A stretch of DNA of 57,717 bases, filler included, from Candidatus Desantisbacteria bacterium CG1_02_49_89 (GCA_001871075.1; 3 parts of 3 records of this genome joined end to end with filler, not necessarily neighbours in it); one strand, 5' to 3'; counted from the whole stretch's first letter, positions 39,937 through 50,446 are shown. Numbers and translations: made by a program. The notes: generated by a model from the letters alone, not told the origin.

Positions 39937-40048
39937 TATACGTCGTAAGTCGTACGTCGCCCTGCGGGTCGTACGTGAATTGCATTGTATTTACGTTCGA
40001 CGCATGACGTCCGACGTTTGACGGTTTCTTTTTTTTGGGGGGGGGTTA

Positions 40049-41371
40049 ATGAAGACTGCGCAGCAGGTTCTGAAAACGGTAAAGGAAAAGGGGATCAAGT
40101 TTGTCCGGCTTTGGTTCACGGATATACTCGGGCAGCTCAAGTCTTTTGCCATTACTCCGAGGGAGCTTGAAATGGCTTTCAGGGAAGGGATGGGTTTTGA
40201 CGGCTCTTCCATAGAAGGGTTCGCCCGCATTGACGAAAGCGACATGATAGCAAAGCCCGATCCCTCGACTTTCCAGATGATCCCGTGGATCCCGTCTGAC
40301 AGGCCTGAGGCGAGGATGTTCTGCGACATACTCACGCCTGACGGAAAACCTTATGAAGGCGACCCGCGCTATATACTGAAAAGGAACCTTGCCGAGATAG
40401 CAAAAAAAGGCTATACGTACATGGTGGGCCCAGAGCTGGAATATTTTTATTTCAAGGACAGCGCTTCTCCGGCGGTGCTTGACCAGGGCAATTACTTCGA
40501 CCTGACCACGCTTGACGCGGGAAGCGACCTGCGCAGGGACACGATAAACGCGCTTGAGGCAATGGGCATAAGCGTGGAATTCAGCCACCACGAGGTTGCG
40601 CCCAGCCAGCACGAGATCGACCTGCGCTACACGGACGCGCTCTCCATGGCTGACAACGTGATGACATACAGGATGGTAGTGAAAGAAGTCGCGATGAGTT
40701 ACGGTTTCTTCGCTTCCTTCATGCCCAAGCCGATAAGCACGGTCAACGGAAGCGGCATGCACGTGCACCAGTCACTTTTCAAGAAAGGATCCAACGCGTT
40801 CTTCGACTCCGGGGCAAAATACCACATTTCAAAAGCGGCCAGAGGATTTATCGCCGGGCTGCTCAGGCACTCCGAAGAGATCACCTCCGTCACAAACCAG
40901 TGGGTGAATTCATATAAGAGGCTTGTGCCTGGGTACGAAGCCCCTGTTTACATATCATGGGCGCAGCGCAACCGTTCCACGCTCATAAGGATCCCGATGT
41001 ACAAGCCGAAGAAGGAGAAGGCGACAAGGATCGAGTTCAGGAGCCCGGACCCGGCGTGTAACCCGTACCTGGCGTTCTCGGTGATGCTGACAGCCGGGAT
41101 GCAGGGCATAGAACAGGGTTACGAGCTTCCCGTTCCTGTTGAAAGGGACCTTTATAAGATGGATGACGCGGAGAGGAAAAGGCTGGGCATAAAATCGCTT
41201 CCGGGAAGCCTTATCGAGGCGGTTGCCATGACCGAAAAGAGCCAGCTTGTGAAAAAGGCGCTGGGCGACCACATATTCAGCCATTTTATTGCGAACAGGA
41301 AGATCGAATGGGACAACTACAGAAGGCAGGTCACCTCATACGAGATAGAGAAGTATCTTCCCATTCTGTAA
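40049..41371 (+). CDS. glnA: Glutamine synthetase type I
   Basis: FDGSSIEGF, HHEVAPSQHEID, FMPKP...NGSGMH, SYKRLVPGYEAP, RIEFRSPD. Confidence 0.96.
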   Translation: MKTAQQVLKTVKEKGIKFVRLWFTDILGQLKSFAITPRELEMAFREGMGFDGSSIEGFARIDESDMIAKPDPSTFQMIPWIPSDRPEARMFCDILTPDGKPYEGDPRYILKRNLAEIAKKGYTYMVGPELEYFYFKDSASPAVLDQGNYFDLTTLDAGSDLRRDTINALEAMGISVEFSHHEVAPSQHEIDLRYTDALSMADNVMTYRMVVKEVAMSYGFFASFMPKPISTVNGSGMHVHQSLFKKGSNAFFDSGAKYHISKAARGFIAGLLRHSEEITSVTNQWVNSYKRLVPGYEAPVYISWAQRNRSTLIRIPMYKPKKEKATRIEFRSPDPACNPYLAFSVMLTAGMQGIEQGYELPVPVERDLYKMDDAERKRLGIKSLPGSLIEAVAMTEKSQLVKKALGDHIFSHFIANRKIEWDNYRRQVTSYEIEKYLPIL

Positions 41372-41463
41372 GATGATGTCAGCGATGTAAAATATGATTT
41401 CAGCGATAAAGTATTAGATCGCTGTAATCGTAAGTTAAAAATCGCTGTAATCAAGGAGCAGAA

Positions 41464-41736
41464 ATGAATAAATTGCAGATGATCGAGAAGATAGCGGCTG
41501 ACGTCAAGATAAACAAGGCAAAGGCGGGAAGAGCGCTGGAAGTTCTTATTAACGGCATGGTGTCTTCTTTGAACGAAACGGGCAGGTTCATACTCGCCGG
41601 GGTGGGTGTTTTCAAGGTTAAAATGCGCAAGGCAAGGGTTGCAAGGAATCCCAAGACAGGCGCTCCCGTGCAGCTCCCCCAGAGGAAAGCGGTCGCGTTC
41701 CACGCGTCCCGCGAGCTTAAGTCAGCTATCAAATAA
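41464..41736 (+). CDS. HU family DNA-binding protein
   Basis: MNK..I..IA; G.G.F.V..RKAR.ARNPKTG. Confidence 0.9.
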   Translation: MNKLQMIEKIAADVKINKAKAGRALEVLINGMVSSLNETGRFILAGVGVFKVKMRKARVARNPKTGAPVQLPQRKAVAFHASRELKSAIK

Positions 41737-41828
41737 CGTGTAACGTGTAAGGTGTAACGTGTAAAGCAAGATTAGATTTTTCGTTACACGTAACACGTGA
41801 CACATTACACGATTTTCTGGAGGTTGAG

Positions 41829-43277
41829 TTGGCGGAATACGATGCGATAGTGATAGGCGGGGGTCTGGGAGGCTATATATGCGCGATCAGGACCGCGCAG
41901 CTGGGCGGAAAAGCCTGCGTCATAGAAGAGGATAAGATCGGCGGGACCTGCCTTAACCGCGGGTGCATCCCGACAAAGGCACTTCTTACGACTGCGGGAC
42001 TATTTTCCAGGATCAAGAAAGCAAAGGACTTCGGCATTAAAGCGGAAGGCTGTTCCGTGGATTTTACGGCAATGATGGACAGAAAAGAGAAAATAGTTGC
42101 GCGCCTGCGCGCCGGCGTTGAATTCCTGCTGAAGAACAATGGGATCGATATCGTAAAAGGAAAGGGAAAGGTCACGGGAAAAGGAACGGTGGAGGTTACG
42201 GGAGGGACCGAGCCGCAGAAAACCCTGAGCGGCAGGAATATAGTTGTGGCGACCGGTTCGGTTGTTGCCAGGGTCCCGGGCATAGAATGCAACGGGACAA
42301 ACATTATTACAAGCAATGAGATGCTTTCTCTCGCGAGCGTTCCTTCAAGCCTGCTCATAATAGGCGGCGGGGTAATAGGATGCGAATTTGCCAGTTTATT
42401 CTCGGAAATAGGGACCAAGATCACGATCGTTGAAATGCTGCCCCAGATACTCCCGCTCGAAGATGAAGAGATCTCGAAGACGTTCAGGCGGATGCTTGAA
42501 AAACAGGGAATAAAAATATACACCGATACTAAAGTAAATGCAGTGGTCAGCCCGCCCAGCGCAGAGGCTGGGCGAGGTCTCGCCCCGATATCAATCGGGG
42601 CGGACGGCCAGTCGTCAGTGGTCAGCGAATTGTCAAACGGGGAAAAGATAGAGACCGAAAAGGTGCTGGTCTGTACCGGGAGAGCGCCGAACGGAAGCGG
42701 GCTGGGCCTGGAAGAACTCGGCGTCAAGATGGACAGGGCCAGGGTTATAGCAGACGAAAAAATGCACACGAATATAGAGGGGATTTACGCGGTCGGTGAC
42801 GTGAACGGCGGGATCATGCTCGCACACGTCGCAACAGCGGAAGGGGTCGTAGCCGCGGAGAATATTATGGGAAAAGACAGCAGGATGGATTACACGGCGG
42901 TCCCCGGCTGCATTTTCACGTTCCCTGAGATCGGCTCGGTCGGCCTTACCGAAAAAAAGGCGAGAGAAACAGGAGCGGAAGTTACTGTCGGCAGGTTCCC
43001 GTTTTCTGCATGCGGGAAAGCCATCGCGATGGGTGAGCCGGATGGTTTTGTCAAAGTCATAGCGGATAAATCCGGCAAGGTCCTCGGTGTCCACATAATA
43101 GGCCCTGAAGCGACAAACCTCATAGCCGAGGCAGCGGTCTGCATCCGGAATAATATCGGCATTGAAGGGATAGCGAAGACCATACACGCCCATCCAACCC
43201 TGCCCGAGGCTGTTGTTGAAGCCGCGCTTGACACAAGAAGCGAAGCTCTTCAGATCCTGCGCAAAAAGATCGGCTGA
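41829..43277 (+). CDS. lpdA: Dihydrolipoyl dehydrogenase with an in-frame palindromic insertion
   Basis: GGTCLNRGCIPTK, GGGVIG.E, HAHPTL.E. Confidence 0.95.
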   Translation: MAEYDAIVIGGGLGGYICAIRTAQLGGKACVIEEDKIGGTCLNRGCIPTKALLTTAGLFSRIKKAKDFGIKAEGCSVDFTAMMDRKEKIVARLRAGVEFLLKNNGIDIVKGKGKVTGKGTVEVTGGTEPQKTLSGRNIVVATGSVVARVPGIECNGTNIITSNEMLSLASVPSSLLIIGGGVIGCEFASLFSEIGTKITIVEMLPQILPLEDEEISKTFRRMLEKQGIKIYTDTKVNAVVSPPSAEAGRGLAPISIGADGQSSVVSELSNGEKIETEKVLVCTGRAPNGSGLGLEELGVKMDRARVIADEKMHTNIEGIYAVGDVNGGIMLAHVATAEGVVAAENIMGKDSRMDYTAVPGCIFTFPEIGSVGLTEKKARETGAEVTVGRFPFSACGKAIAMGEPDGFVKVIADKSGKVLGVHIIGPEATNLIAEAAVCIRNNIGIEGIAKTIHAHPTLPEAVVEAALDTRSEALQILRKKIG

Positions 43278-43366
43278 AAGCTGAAAGGTGAAAGCTGAAA
43301 GTTCAAGAATTCTAATTTACAAATAGCATTTAGGTTTTATTTTAATCTGCTTTTTAAGGAGAAAAG

Positions 43367-44293
43367 ATGGAACAGTTCATGAAGGGCTTACGTATTTATT
43401 TTGATACACTTTTAAAAAAGATCCCGCTCCCGCTGGGAATCGTGTGGATATTAATAATCCTTGCTATCTACCTGATCTACAAAATTTTTACCAAATTGAT
43501 AGAAAAAGCTCTGCTGAAAGCGTCCCGCGGCGACATAAACAGGGTAAAAAGCGGCATCAGGATATGGCGCATATTATACTGGGTGATAGCGATCATACTC
43601 CTCCTGGCAGGCACAGGCGGCAATCTTGCTACACTCGGGCTTTCAGCTGCATTCCTGGGTATGGTACTCGGCTGGTCTTTGCAGCGCCCCGTAACAGGAG
43701 TCGCGGCATGGTTCCTGGTTACGCTTACGAAGCCTTTCAAGATAGGGGACCGCGTCATTATCGCGGGCGTGATCGGAGACGTGCAAAATATCGGAATAAT
43801 GTATGTTACGATGGAGCAGGTGGGCGGCACAACAGGCGGCGAGGAGAAGTCAGGCCGAGCCGTGTTGATACCCACCGCGGTCCTTTTTGACCAGGTGATC
43901 TTTAATTATACTATGAGAGAGGAAGAAGTTCAGGAATCCAAGTATATCCTTGACGAGATCATCATCAGGGTTGCGTATGGTTCCAACTGGAATGCCGCGG
44001 AAAAAATACTTATAAGCGCGGCAAAGGAAATAACTAAAGACATTATCGGGGAGATACGCAAGGAGCCTTACATACGCGCCGAATTCATTGACTGGGGAGT
44101 ATATATGCGCCTGCGTTATTACACGCGTCCGGTCGAAAGGCAGGAAATTTCAACGAATATCACAAAAGTTATTTTTCACAAATTTGCGGAATCCAAAGAA
44201 GTAAAATTCGCATACCCGCACTCAGAAGCGGAAATTACGTATATCGCGAAAGCCGGGGAGAAGGTTCCTTTTCACCCCGAAACTGGTAAATAG
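43367..44293 (+). CDS. MscS-family mechanosensitive channel
   Basis: 3 TM helices; LG.SLQ, PFKIGDRV, IP. Confidence 0.85.
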   Translation: MEQFMKGLRIYFDTLLKKIPLPLGIVWILIILAIYLIYKIFTKLIEKALLKASRGDINRVKSGIRIWRILYWVIAIILLLAGTGGNLATLGLSAAFLGMVLGWSLQRPVTGVAAWFLVTLTKPFKIGDRVIIAGVIGDVQNIGIMYVTMEQVGGTTGGEEKSGRAVLIPTAVLFDQVIFNYTMREEEVQESKYILDEIIIRVAYGSNWNAAEKILISAAKEITKDIIGEIRKEPYIRAEFIDWGVYMRLRYYTRPVERQEISTNITKVIFHKFAESKEVKFAYPHSEAEITYIAKAGEKVPFHPETGK

Positions 44294-44315
44294 ACGCTGA
44301 TCTACACGGATCATA

Positions 44316-44975
44316 ATGGCTGAAATAAATGTAATAGACTTAGGATTAGCAGATTACGAAAAAGCAAAGCGCGTGCAGGACGAACTGATAGAGGAAAGGC
44401 TATCCGGGAAAATACCGGACACGCTGGTTTTGTGTGAACACAATCCTGTCATAACAATAGGGCGGAAGGGCGGGAAAGAAGACCTGCTCGTTTCTGAAGA
44501 ATTCCTTAGACGGAAAAAAATCAGGGTTTATCACGTGGAGCGCGGCGGGGAAGCCACGTACCACTGCCCGGGGCAGCTGGTCGGATACCCGATCTTCAAC
44601 CTAAGATTTTTAGACACAGATTTACACAGATTTTTGAGAAAGTTAGAAGAAATAATAATAAATACACTAAAAGAAACGGGGATAGACGCGCAAAGGCGCG
44701 AAGGATACACGGGGGTTTGGGTCCCGGCCCCGGACGGACCGGCGAAAATCGCTTTCATAGGGATCAGCGCAAGGAGATGGGTGACATACCACGGTTTTTC
44801 GCTCAACGTTGACTGCGACCTCACGCCGTTTGAATGGATAGTGCCATGCGGCATTAAAGATGCAAAAGTAACTTCCATAAAAGCGTGTCAGCGTGTCAAC
44901 GTGTCAACGTGTCAAATAAAAACCATAAAAGAAACAATCATAGATAATTTCAATAGAGTTTTTAAATCGCTGTAA
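44316..44975 (+). CDS. lipB: Octanoyltransferase
   Basis: EH.PV.T.G, RGG..TYH.PGQLVGYP, HGF.LN, IVPCG. Confidence 0.95.
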   Translation: MAEINVIDLGLADYEKAKRVQDELIEERLSGKIPDTLVLCEHNPVITIGRKGGKEDLLVSEEFLRRKKIRVYHVERGGEATYHCPGQLVGYPIFNLRFLDTDLHRFLRKLEEIIINTLKETGIDAQRREGYTGVWVPAPDGPAKIAFIGISARRWVTYHGFSLNVDCDLTPFEWIVPCGIKDAKVTSIKACQRVNVSTCQIKTIKETIIDNFNRVFKSL

Positions 44976-44999
44976 TCGATCATTATATCGCTGACATCA

Positions 45000-45926
45000 A
45001 TGAGAAAAAAACTACCGGAATGGCTTAAGAAAAAAATTCCCTGCGGTTCTGTGACAACGGAAAAGATCCTTGAAAGGAACCGGCTGAACACGGTCTGTGA
45101 AAGCGCCCATTGCCCCAACCGGGGAGAATGTTTTTCCGGAGGCGAAGCGACTTTCATGATACTGGGCAGCGTGTGCACGCGTAACTGCGGTTTCTGCGCT
45201 GTCCGCAAAGGAGTGCCTGCCCCGGTTGACGAAGGTGAACCGGCGCGCCTGTCAAAGGCGGTGGCCGAGATGGGGCTTAGATACGTTGTTATAACCTCGG
45301 TCACAAGGGACGACCTTCCGGACGGCGGCGCCTCGCAATTCGCTGGAACCGTAAGGGAGCTGAGGAAGGATTTTAACGGCAGCCTGGGCATAGAGCTGCT
45401 TATACCTGACCTTAAAGGCAGCACGGAAGCGCTTAAGATCATACTGGAACAGAACATAACGGTCCTGAACCATAATCTTGAAACAGTGAAACGGCTTTAT
45501 CCGGTTGTAAGGCAGAAGGCGGATTATCACCGGTCGCTTGAGCTCCTGCGCTCGGTAAAAAAACAAAGGCCGGATATGTTTACGAAGTCCGGGCTTATGC
45601 TGGGCCTGGGAGAGACGAAAGACGAAGCGCTGATGGCGATGAAAGACCTGCGGGACGTTTCCTGCGACCTGCTGACGCTGGGCCAGTACCTGCGGCCCGG
45701 GCCCGGGCAGGTGGAGGTCGCGGAATTCATAGAACCGGAAAGGTTCGCGGAGTATAAGCGCATTGCGGAAAGCATGGGTTTCTCAGGGGTTGCAAGCGGG
45801 CCGTTCGTGCGCAGCAGCTACCAGGCAGGCCAATTACTAAATACGTGTCAACGTGTCAAAGTATCCCGCCCAACAAGCGTTGGCGGGCAGGCATCGTGTC
45901 AACGTAACTACAAGGATTTTTATTAG
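45000..45926 (+). CDS. lipA: Lipoyl synthase
   Basis: CESAHCPN..EC, CTRNCGFC, RSSY; repeat-derived C-terminal tail. Confidence 0.96.
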   Translation: MRKKLPEWLKKKIPCGSVTTEKILERNRLNTVCESAHCPNRGECFSGGEATFMILGSVCTRNCGFCAVRKGVPAPVDEGEPARLSKAVAEMGLRYVVITSVTRDDLPDGGASQFAGTVRELRKDFNGSLGIELLIPDLKGSTEALKIILEQNITVLNHNLETVKRLYPVVRQKADYHRSLELLRSVKKQRPDMFTKSGLMLGLGETKDEALMAMKDLRDVSCDLLTLGQYLRPGPGQVEVAEFIEPERFAEYKRIAESMGFSGVASGPFVRSSYQAGQLLNTCQRVKVSRPTSVGGQASCQRNYKDFY

Positions 45927-45994
45927 AATCTGGGCTCGGTATTTACGCTGACACGCTGACACGCTGATACGTTGATACGCTTTTGGAGTGAAAG

Positions 45995-47173
45995 ATGTAC
46001 GAGGCAAGCGACAGGCTTAAAAGTCTTCCGCCTTATCTGTTCGCGAAGATAAAGAAACTGAAAGACGAGATAAGGAGCAAGGGTGTTGACGTGATCGACC
46101 TGGACATGGGTAATCCGGACAGGCCGACGCCCCAGCATATCGTGGACAGGCTCTGCGACACGATAAAGAACCACCCCAGCACGCACAGGTACCCCCAGGC
46201 GAAGGGGATGCCGAAGCTGCGTTCGGTCATCTCGAAGTGGTACAGTGAAAGGTTCGGGGTCGAGATCGACCCGGAAAAAGAAGCACTAGTGCTGGTCGGC
46301 TCGAAGGAAGGGATCTGCCATTTTTCAATGACCTACATGAATCCCGGGGATATCGCTCTGGTGCCTGACCCGACTTATCCGGTCCACTTCAACGGAGTTT
46401 ACCTTGCGGGTGGCAGCGTCTACGGCATGCCGCTGCTTGAGCAGAACGGTTACATACCGGACCTGAAAGCGATACCGCAGGACATCGCGCGCAAAGCAAA
46501 GATAATGTTCATCTGCTACCCGCACAACCCGACAACCGCGGTCGTGGAGAACCTGGATTTTTACAGGGAAGTCGTTGAATTCGCAAAAAAGAACAATATA
46601 ATCGTTGTAAGCGACATCGCGTATTCCGAACTGACATTCGACGGGTACGTCGCGCCCAGTTTCCTGCAGGTGCCCGGAGCAATGGACGTGGGAGTGGAAT
46701 TCCATTCCTTTTCGAAGAGCTATAATATGGCCGGATGGAGGATGGGTTTCGCGGTAGGGAACGCGGAGATCCTGGCGAACCTTGAAAAATTCAAGTCCTT
46801 CGCGGATTACGGCGTGTGCACGGCGATCCAGCTAGCGGGGGTTGTCGCGCTGTCAGGCCCACAGGACTGCATTGAAGAAACAAGGCAGGTTTACCAGAGG
46901 CGCAGGGACGTAATGCTCGAAGGCCTGGAAAAACTCGGGTGGCACGTCAACAAGCCGAAGGCCACTATGTACCTGTGGGCCCCGGTCCCGGAGAAATACA
47001 AAGGAATGGGCTCGATGGAATTCAGCGAATACCTGCTGAGGGAAACGGGCGTGGCTGTGTCGCCGGGCAGCGGTTTCGGAAAACACGGCGAGGGATACCT
47101 GCGCATAGCGCTGGTCACCCACGAGACACGCTTTCACGACGTGCTCCTCCGCTTTAAAAAAATACTAAAATAA
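45995..47173 (+). CDS. Class I/II PLP aminotransferase (LL-diaminopimelate / alanine aminotransferase-like)
   Basis: LPPYLF, GSKEGI.H, YP.NPT, D.AY, SFSKSYNMAGWR; among Lys/Thr biosynthesis genes. Confidence 0.85.
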   Translation: MYEASDRLKSLPPYLFAKIKKLKDEIRSKGVDVIDLDMGNPDRPTPQHIVDRLCDTIKNHPSTHRYPQAKGMPKLRSVISKWYSERFGVEIDPEKEALVLVGSKEGICHFSMTYMNPGDIALVPDPTYPVHFNGVYLAGGSVYGMPLLEQNGYIPDLKAIPQDIARKAKIMFICYPHNPTTAVVENLDFYREVVEFAKKNNIIVVSDIAYSELTFDGYVAPSFLQVPGAMDVGVEFHSFSKSYNMAGWRMGFAVGNAEILANLEKFKSFADYGVCTAIQLAGVVALSGPQDCIEETRQVYQRRRDVMLEGLEKLGWHVNKPKATMYLWAPVPEKYKGMGSMEFSEYLLRETGVAVSPGSGFGKHGEGYLRIALVTHETRFHDVLLRFKKILK

Positions 47174-47195
47174 TTACCACGTAAAAATTGGCGGT

Positions 47196-48506
47196 GTGAT
47201 GAATAGGAAAGTAATTAATATCGGGCTGATAGGGTTCGGAAAAGTTGGCGCCGGCGTCGTCAAAATACTGCAGGATTCAAAAAAATTCATCGGGGAGAAG
47301 ATCGGCAGCCCCGTAGTCCTGAAAAGGATCGCGGACCTTGACATCAGGACCAGCAGGGGCGTGAAGGTCGCAAGCGGCGTTCTTACCGCTGATTCAAACC
47401 TGGTCATTAACGATCCCGGAATAGACATAGTCGTTGAGCTTACCGGTTCCGAGTCGGCCGGGAAAAAGCTGATATTGAAAGCCCTTTCAAAGGGAAAGCA
47501 CGTGGTCACAGCCAACAAGGCCGCGGTCGCCGGCAGCTGGGACGAGATATTTTCCGCGGCGGGCAGGAACAAGGCCGGTTTTTATTTTGAGGCTTCGGTA
47601 GGCGCGGGGATCCCGGTGATACAGGCGATACGCGAAGGGCTTGCCGCTAACCGCATTTCTCAGATCTTTGGCATCGTGAACGGCACCACGAACTACATCC
47701 TGACGCAGATGGCAAGATCAGGCAGGACTTTTGACGGCGCGCTTTCCGAAGCGAAGAAAAAAGGTTTTGCGGAGCCGGACCCAACCCTTGACATCAACGG
47801 TTCGGACAGCATGCACAAGATAGCCATCCTTTCCTCGCTCGCTTTCGGGAGCGTTGTGAGGCCCGGGGACATTTCAGTCGAGGGGATAGAAAAGATCGAC
47901 CCGGACGATATCAGGTACGGGAAGGAATTCGGTTACACGCTGAAGCTGCTGGCGGTCGCCAAAAGGACGGACGGCAGCGTGGAAGTGCGTGTCCACCCAA
48001 CCTTCCTGCCTGACAGCCACCTGCTTTCTTCGGTGGAAAATGAGTTTAACGCGATCTATGTGGTAGGCGACCTTACAGGGCCTATTGTCCTTTACGGTCG
48101 GGGCGCGGGCCAGATGTCGGCGGCAAGCGCTATAGTGAGCGATATAATTCACCTGGGGCAGCGTATCGTACGCGGCGCCGCAAACGGCATTTGCGCGCCA
48201 TGGCCCGGGCGGAAAAAAGGCGCGGGCCTGAAGATAAACTGCGCGAAAGAGATGAAAAGCAGGTGCTACATGCGTTTTTCAGTCGTGGATTCTCCCGGCG
48301 TGCTGGCAAAGATCTCCGATATCCTTGGAAGGAACGGCATCAGCATAGCGCAGGTCATACAGAAGGAAGAAAAAAAGAACAATATTGTCCCGGTGATCAT
48401 GATGACCCACGAGGCTGTTTGGGAAAACATCGGAAAGGCCCTGGGCCGGATCGACAGGCTGGGCATCGTCAAGAGAAAAACCGTTCTGATCAGGGTGGAA
48501 GAATAA
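47196..48506 (+). CDS. hom: Homoserine dehydrogenase with ACT domain
   Basis: G.G.VG, VTANK, EASV.AGIP, NGTTNYIL, GFAE.DPT.D. Confidence 0.95.
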   Translation: MMNRKVINIGLIGFGKVGAGVVKILQDSKKFIGEKIGSPVVLKRIADLDIRTSRGVKVASGVLTADSNLVINDPGIDIVVELTGSESAGKKLILKALSKGKHVVTANKAAVAGSWDEIFSAAGRNKAGFYFEASVGAGIPVIQAIREGLAANRISQIFGIVNGTTNYILTQMARSGRTFDGALSEAKKKGFAEPDPTLDINGSDSMHKIAILSSLAFGSVVRPGDISVEGIEKIDPDDIRYGKEFGYTLKLLAVAKRTDGSVEVRVHPTFLPDSHLLSSVENEFNAIYVVGDLTGPIVLYGRGAGQMSAASAIVSDIIHLGQRIVRGAANGICAPWPGRKKGAGLKINCAKEMKSRCYMRFSVVDSPGVLAKISDILGRNGISIAQVIQKEEKKNNIVPVIMMTHEAVWENIGKALGRIDRLGIVKRKTVLIRVEE

Positions 48507-48647
48507 AACCGTCATACGTCATACGTCCCGCCCAGCAAGATTGGCGGGCAAGCTTTACGTCGAACATGAACTGATAAAAATAAGCCTTTTATGTTTTTAA
48601 CGTACGACGTACGACGCTCGACGAACGACAATAAGGAGCAAAAGAGC

Positions 48648-49736
48648 ATGTGGAAAGGCGTGATAGAAACTTATCGAAGATACCTGCCGGTGTCAGATAA
48701 AACCCCGGTAATTACCATGCTTGAAGGGAATACCCCGCTCATCGAGGCAAAAAATCTTTCCAAATATTTGTGTAGTGGCAGAGCTTGCTCTGCTCTCAGG
48801 ATTTTTCTGAAATACGAAGGCCTTAACCCGACAGGTTCTTTCAAGGACCGCGGCATGACCCTCGCGATCTCCAAGGTAAAAGAGGAAGGTTTCAAGGCTG
48901 TTATCTGCGCTTCCACCGGCAACACTTCGGCTTCGGCCGCGGCATACTCGGCGCGCGCGGGATTGAAATGCATAGTCCTGATACCGAAGGGTTCCATAGC
49001 TCTGGGGAAATTATCGCAGGCATTGATACACGGTGCTCAGGTCATCGCGGTCAACGGCAATTTTGACCAGGCTCTTGAAGTTGTGCGGGAGATAACTCAA
49101 AAATACCCGGTTGCTGTGGTGAATTCCATAAATCCTTACAGGATAGAGGGCCAGAAAACCGCGTCTTTTGAAATATGCGATGTGCTGGGAAAGGCCCCGG
49201 ATTTCCAGGTGATGCCTGTGGGGAACGCGGGCAATATTACCGCGTACTGGAAGGGATACAAGGAATACAGGAAAATAGGCAAGATCAGCAGGCTCCCGAA
49301 GATGTGCGGGTTCCAGGCAAGCGGGTCAGCGCCGATAGTGAAAGGCCATCCCATAAAGAATCCGCATACCATAGCCACCGCGATCAAAATAGGGAATCCC
49401 GCAAGCTGGAAATACGCGGAAGCGGCAAGGGATGAATCCGGCGGGTTGATCGATTCAGTGACTGACAAAGAGATAATCAGCGCGTACAAGCTCCTTGCGT
49501 CTCTTGAGGGTGTGTTCGCAGAACCTGCCTCGGCCGCATCTATAGCCGGTCTTATCAAGTTAGTCAAACGTGGCTATTTCGTGCGTCGTGCGTCGTGCGT
49601 CGTGCGTCGTCCGACAATCGTATGCATTTTAACGGGACACGGGCTAAAGGATCCTGACAGGGCGATCGCTTCCGTGAGATCGCCGGCAGTAGTTGAGCCT
49701 AAACTTGACAAAGTCATGAAAGTCATTAAAATATAG
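48648..49736 (+). CDS. thrC: Threonine synthase
   Basis: [39 protein letters not shown]. Confidence 0.96.
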   Translation: MWKGVIETYRRYLPVSDKTPVITMLEGNTPLIEAKNLSKYLCSGRACSALRIFLKYEGLNPTGSFKDRGMTLAISKVKEEGFKAVICASTGNTSASAAAYSARAGLKCIVLIPKGSIALGKLSQALIHGAQVIAVNGNFDQALEVVREITQKYPVAVVNSINPYRIEGQKTASFEICDVLGKAPDFQVMPVGNAGNITAYWKGYKEYRKIGKISRLPKMCGFQASGSAPIVKGHPIKNPHTIATAIKIGNPASWKYAEAARDESGGLIDSVTDKEIISAYKLLASLEGVFAEPASAASIAGLIKLVKRGYFVRRASCVVRRPTIVCILTGHGLKDPDRAIASVRSPAVVEPKLDKVMKVIKI

Positions 49737-49852
49737 GTATTCTGAAAAAATAGAATACCTTGATTACACAGATTTTTAAACCAGATTACACCGATTAGAA
49801 TATTATTTGACTTTTTACTAATCACTTCTCACTTTTCACTGTTGTATTGTGC

Positions 49853-49926
49853 GGGCGGTTAGCTCAGTTGGTTAGAGCGCTACACTCACATTGTAGAGGT
49901 CACAGGTTCGAATCCTGTACCGCCTA
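49853..49926 (+). tRNA. tRNA-Val (CAC), CCA not encoded
   Basis: GGGCGGT/ACCGCCT acceptor stem, CTACA-CTCACAT-TGTAG anticodon arm, GGTTCGAATCC T arm. Confidence 0.95.
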
Positions 49927-50176
49927 GTCCCGATTGATGTAATCGGGACAGAGCAATCGAAAATAGAGAATAGAACAATGGATAAAAACTTAAGGAGATT
50001 GCGGTCTATTCTCCATTTTCCATTCTCAATCTTTTGTCTCGCTTCGCGAAAAATCAGAGCAATGGAGCAATTGAGCAATAGAGAATAGAGAAAGGAAATT
50101 GCGACATAGCGGTTTATTGCTCTATTCTCAATTTTCAGTTTTTTACTAATGACAAATGACCAATGACTGTAGTTCC

Positions 50177-50255
50177 GGGGACGTGGTGTAGCCTGGCCTA
50201 ACACGCTGCCCTGTCAAGGCAGAGACCGCGAGTTCGAATCTCGTCGTCCCCGCCA
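50177..50255 (+). tRNA. tRNA-Asp (GTC), CCA encoded
   Basis: GGGGACG/CGTCCCC acceptor stem, CTGCC-CTGTCAA-GGCAG anticodon arm, GTTCGAATC, GCCA end. Confidence 0.96.
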
Positions 50256-50446
50256 GGATTTTCTGCTCTGCAGAAAATCAGAGCAATCGAGCAATAGAGA
50301 ATGGAGCAATAGATCAAGGAATGTCGAGATTGCGGTCCATTGTTCCATTTTCTATTCTCAAGTTTTGATATCTATTGCTCTATTTTCTATTTTCGGATCC
50401 GTCAATCTTCTATATATAGAATATATCATTTATTATAGGGAGAAGC

